Source: Trueperaceae bacterium (GTDB lineage Bacteria; Deinococcota; Deinococci; Deinococcales; Trueperaceae). Taken from it: 28,114 nt of DNA. Positions 27,058 to 28,114 of this stretch are shown piece after piece. Made by a program: the position numbers and the translations under genes. The notes beneath the pieces are model-generated. The model saw only the letters and a program-made list of their open reading frames with translations, did no database searches and was not told where the DNA came from. The DNA is taken from NCBI GenBank assembly GCA_040905465.1, contig JBBDRK010000048.1, forward strand, positions 1 through 28,114, written 5' to 3'. How positions within the stretch are numbered: position 1 is the stretch's first letter; every line of letters starts with the position of its first letter.

Positions 27058-28114
27058 ATGCCGGAAGAAGCCAAGAACACAGTACAGAGCAGGCGCCGTG
27101 CCAGTGAGAAACGCAAGCGCGACGCGGAGGTCGACATCAGAAGCGATAATTCGATTCGCGAGGAACCGGCGGTACGCAAGCTCCTGGAAAGCGGCCGCCA
27201 GGACGGCCAGGTAGCGCGCGGTGAGTTCAACGACGCCGCCCAGGCGATGGCCGATGGTACGGCCGCGGAGGCGGACGGCGACGAGGAAGAGTCGCTCATC
27301 CGAATCCTCAAGCAGGAGGGGATCTCCGTCGAGGAGATCGCCGAGGAGGATATCGAGCAAGAGGACGACGAGGAGACGCTGGCAGCCGACCACGACGAGG
27401 ACGAAGCGGCCAGCGGCCGGGAAGAGGAACGGCTCGAGCTCGAGGAGCGGGCGGACACCTGGACCCGCGACACCGGGGCCACCGGTGATCCGGTGCGTCA
27501 GTACCTGCAGGAGATCGGCAGGGTGAAGCTGTTGACTCTGGAGGAGGAGATCAGCCTGGCCCGGCGGATCGAGGAGGGCGAGGCGGCGCGGGCGCGTCTG
27601 GACGAGGAGGCGAGCAGTCTCGGCGACCGGGAGCGGCGCAAGTTGCAGCGGGTGGTCGAGGATGGTGATTTGGCGCGGCAGAACCTGATCGAGGCGAACC
27701 TGCGGCTGGTGGTGTCGATCGCCAAGAAGTATCGCGGTCGCGGCATGGGTTTCCTGGATCTGGTGCAGGAGGGCAACCAGGGCCTGATCCGGGCGGTGGA
27801 GAAGTTCGACTACCGGCGCGGTTACAAGTTCTCGACCTACGCTACCTGGTGGATTCGCCAGGCGGTGAACCGGGCGATAGCGGACCAGGCCCGCACCATC
27901 CGCATTCCCGTGCACATGGTGGAGACGATAAACAAGCTGACTCGCATCAGGCGGACGCTGCATCAGGAGCATGGCGAGGAGCCGTCCTGGCAGGACATCG
28001 CCGACGCCATGGGTCCCGAATGGAACGCCGAGAAGGTGGAAGAGGCGTTCCGCCTGGCGCGCGAGCCGTTCTCGCTGGAGACTCCCATCGGTGATGAGGA
28101 GGACTCGTTCTATG
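27058..28114 (+). CDS. rpoD: RpoD-family (group 1/2) sigma-70 factor, truncated by window end
   Basis: Own translation from ATG 27058 (after GGGAGG): acidic region 1.1, [11 protein letters not shown] (1.2), [16 protein letters not shown] (2.1), [62 protein letters not shown]. Frame stays open to 28114. Primary versus paralogous status is uncertain. Confidence 0.93.
   Translation, partial: MPEEAKNTVQSRRRASEKRKRDAEVDIRSDNSIREEPAVRKLLESGRQDGQVARGEFNDAAQAMADGTAAEADGDEEESLIRILKQEGISVEEIAEEDIEQEDDEETLAADHDEDEAASGREEERLELEERADTWTRDTGATGDPVRQYLQEIGRVKLLTLEEEISLARRIEEGEAARARLDEEASSLGDRERRKLQRVVEDGDLARQNLIEANLRLVVSIAKKYRGRGMGFLDLVQEGNQGLIRAVEKFDYRRGYKFSTYATWWIRQAVNRAIADQARTIRIPVHMVETINKLTRIRRTLHQEHGEEPSWQDIADAMGPEWNAEKVEEAFRLAREPFSLETPIGDEEDSFY

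Noticed and set aside
26937..27107. ATG 4 nt after TATAGT opening an Arg/Pro/Gly-rich frame that overlaps the sigma start
   Set aside because: Spacer is shorter than the 6-8 nt seen at other leaderless starts, and the composition looks like non-coding GC-rich sequence.

Overview
High-GC bacterial chromosomal segment, almost entirely core genes. It most likely comes from phylum Deinococcota, possibly a Truepera-like lineage. This is inferred from a DdrI/SdrP-type CRP protein, a recF + DUF721/DciA pair, a sigma-70 with the AMGPxW..VEE/DSFY region-3 signature, and many TANNNT-6/8 nt-start-codon (leaderless) genes. Gene order: carD(-), DMT transporter(-), GH1 beta-glucosidase(+), a coupled minus-strand run (psuG, RodZ-like HTH/PEGA protein, MacB/FtsX-type permease, DUF2207 protein, ABC ATPase, DUF423), FUN14-family protein(+), groES-groEL(+) with HAIR and CIRCE operators, gpmI(-), DUF721/DciA and recF(-), sufS-sufU(+), divIVA/yggS/PNP(-), Omp85/BamA(+), ddrI-like CRP(-), ychF(-), hom-thrC(+), and an RpoD-family sigma factor(+) that runs off the window and is missing from the ORF track. 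I see no mobile elements, CRISPR arrays, tRNA or rRNA genes. The best leads are a candidate leaderless 25-aa uORF before carD, an adaptor-less ABC/DUF2207 envelope module, a long inverted repeat over the sufS promoter, a possibly paralogous RpoD with a structured leader, and several short tandem-repeat expansions. No clearly new system is demonstrable from sequence alone. All family assignments are from motif recognition, not database searches.
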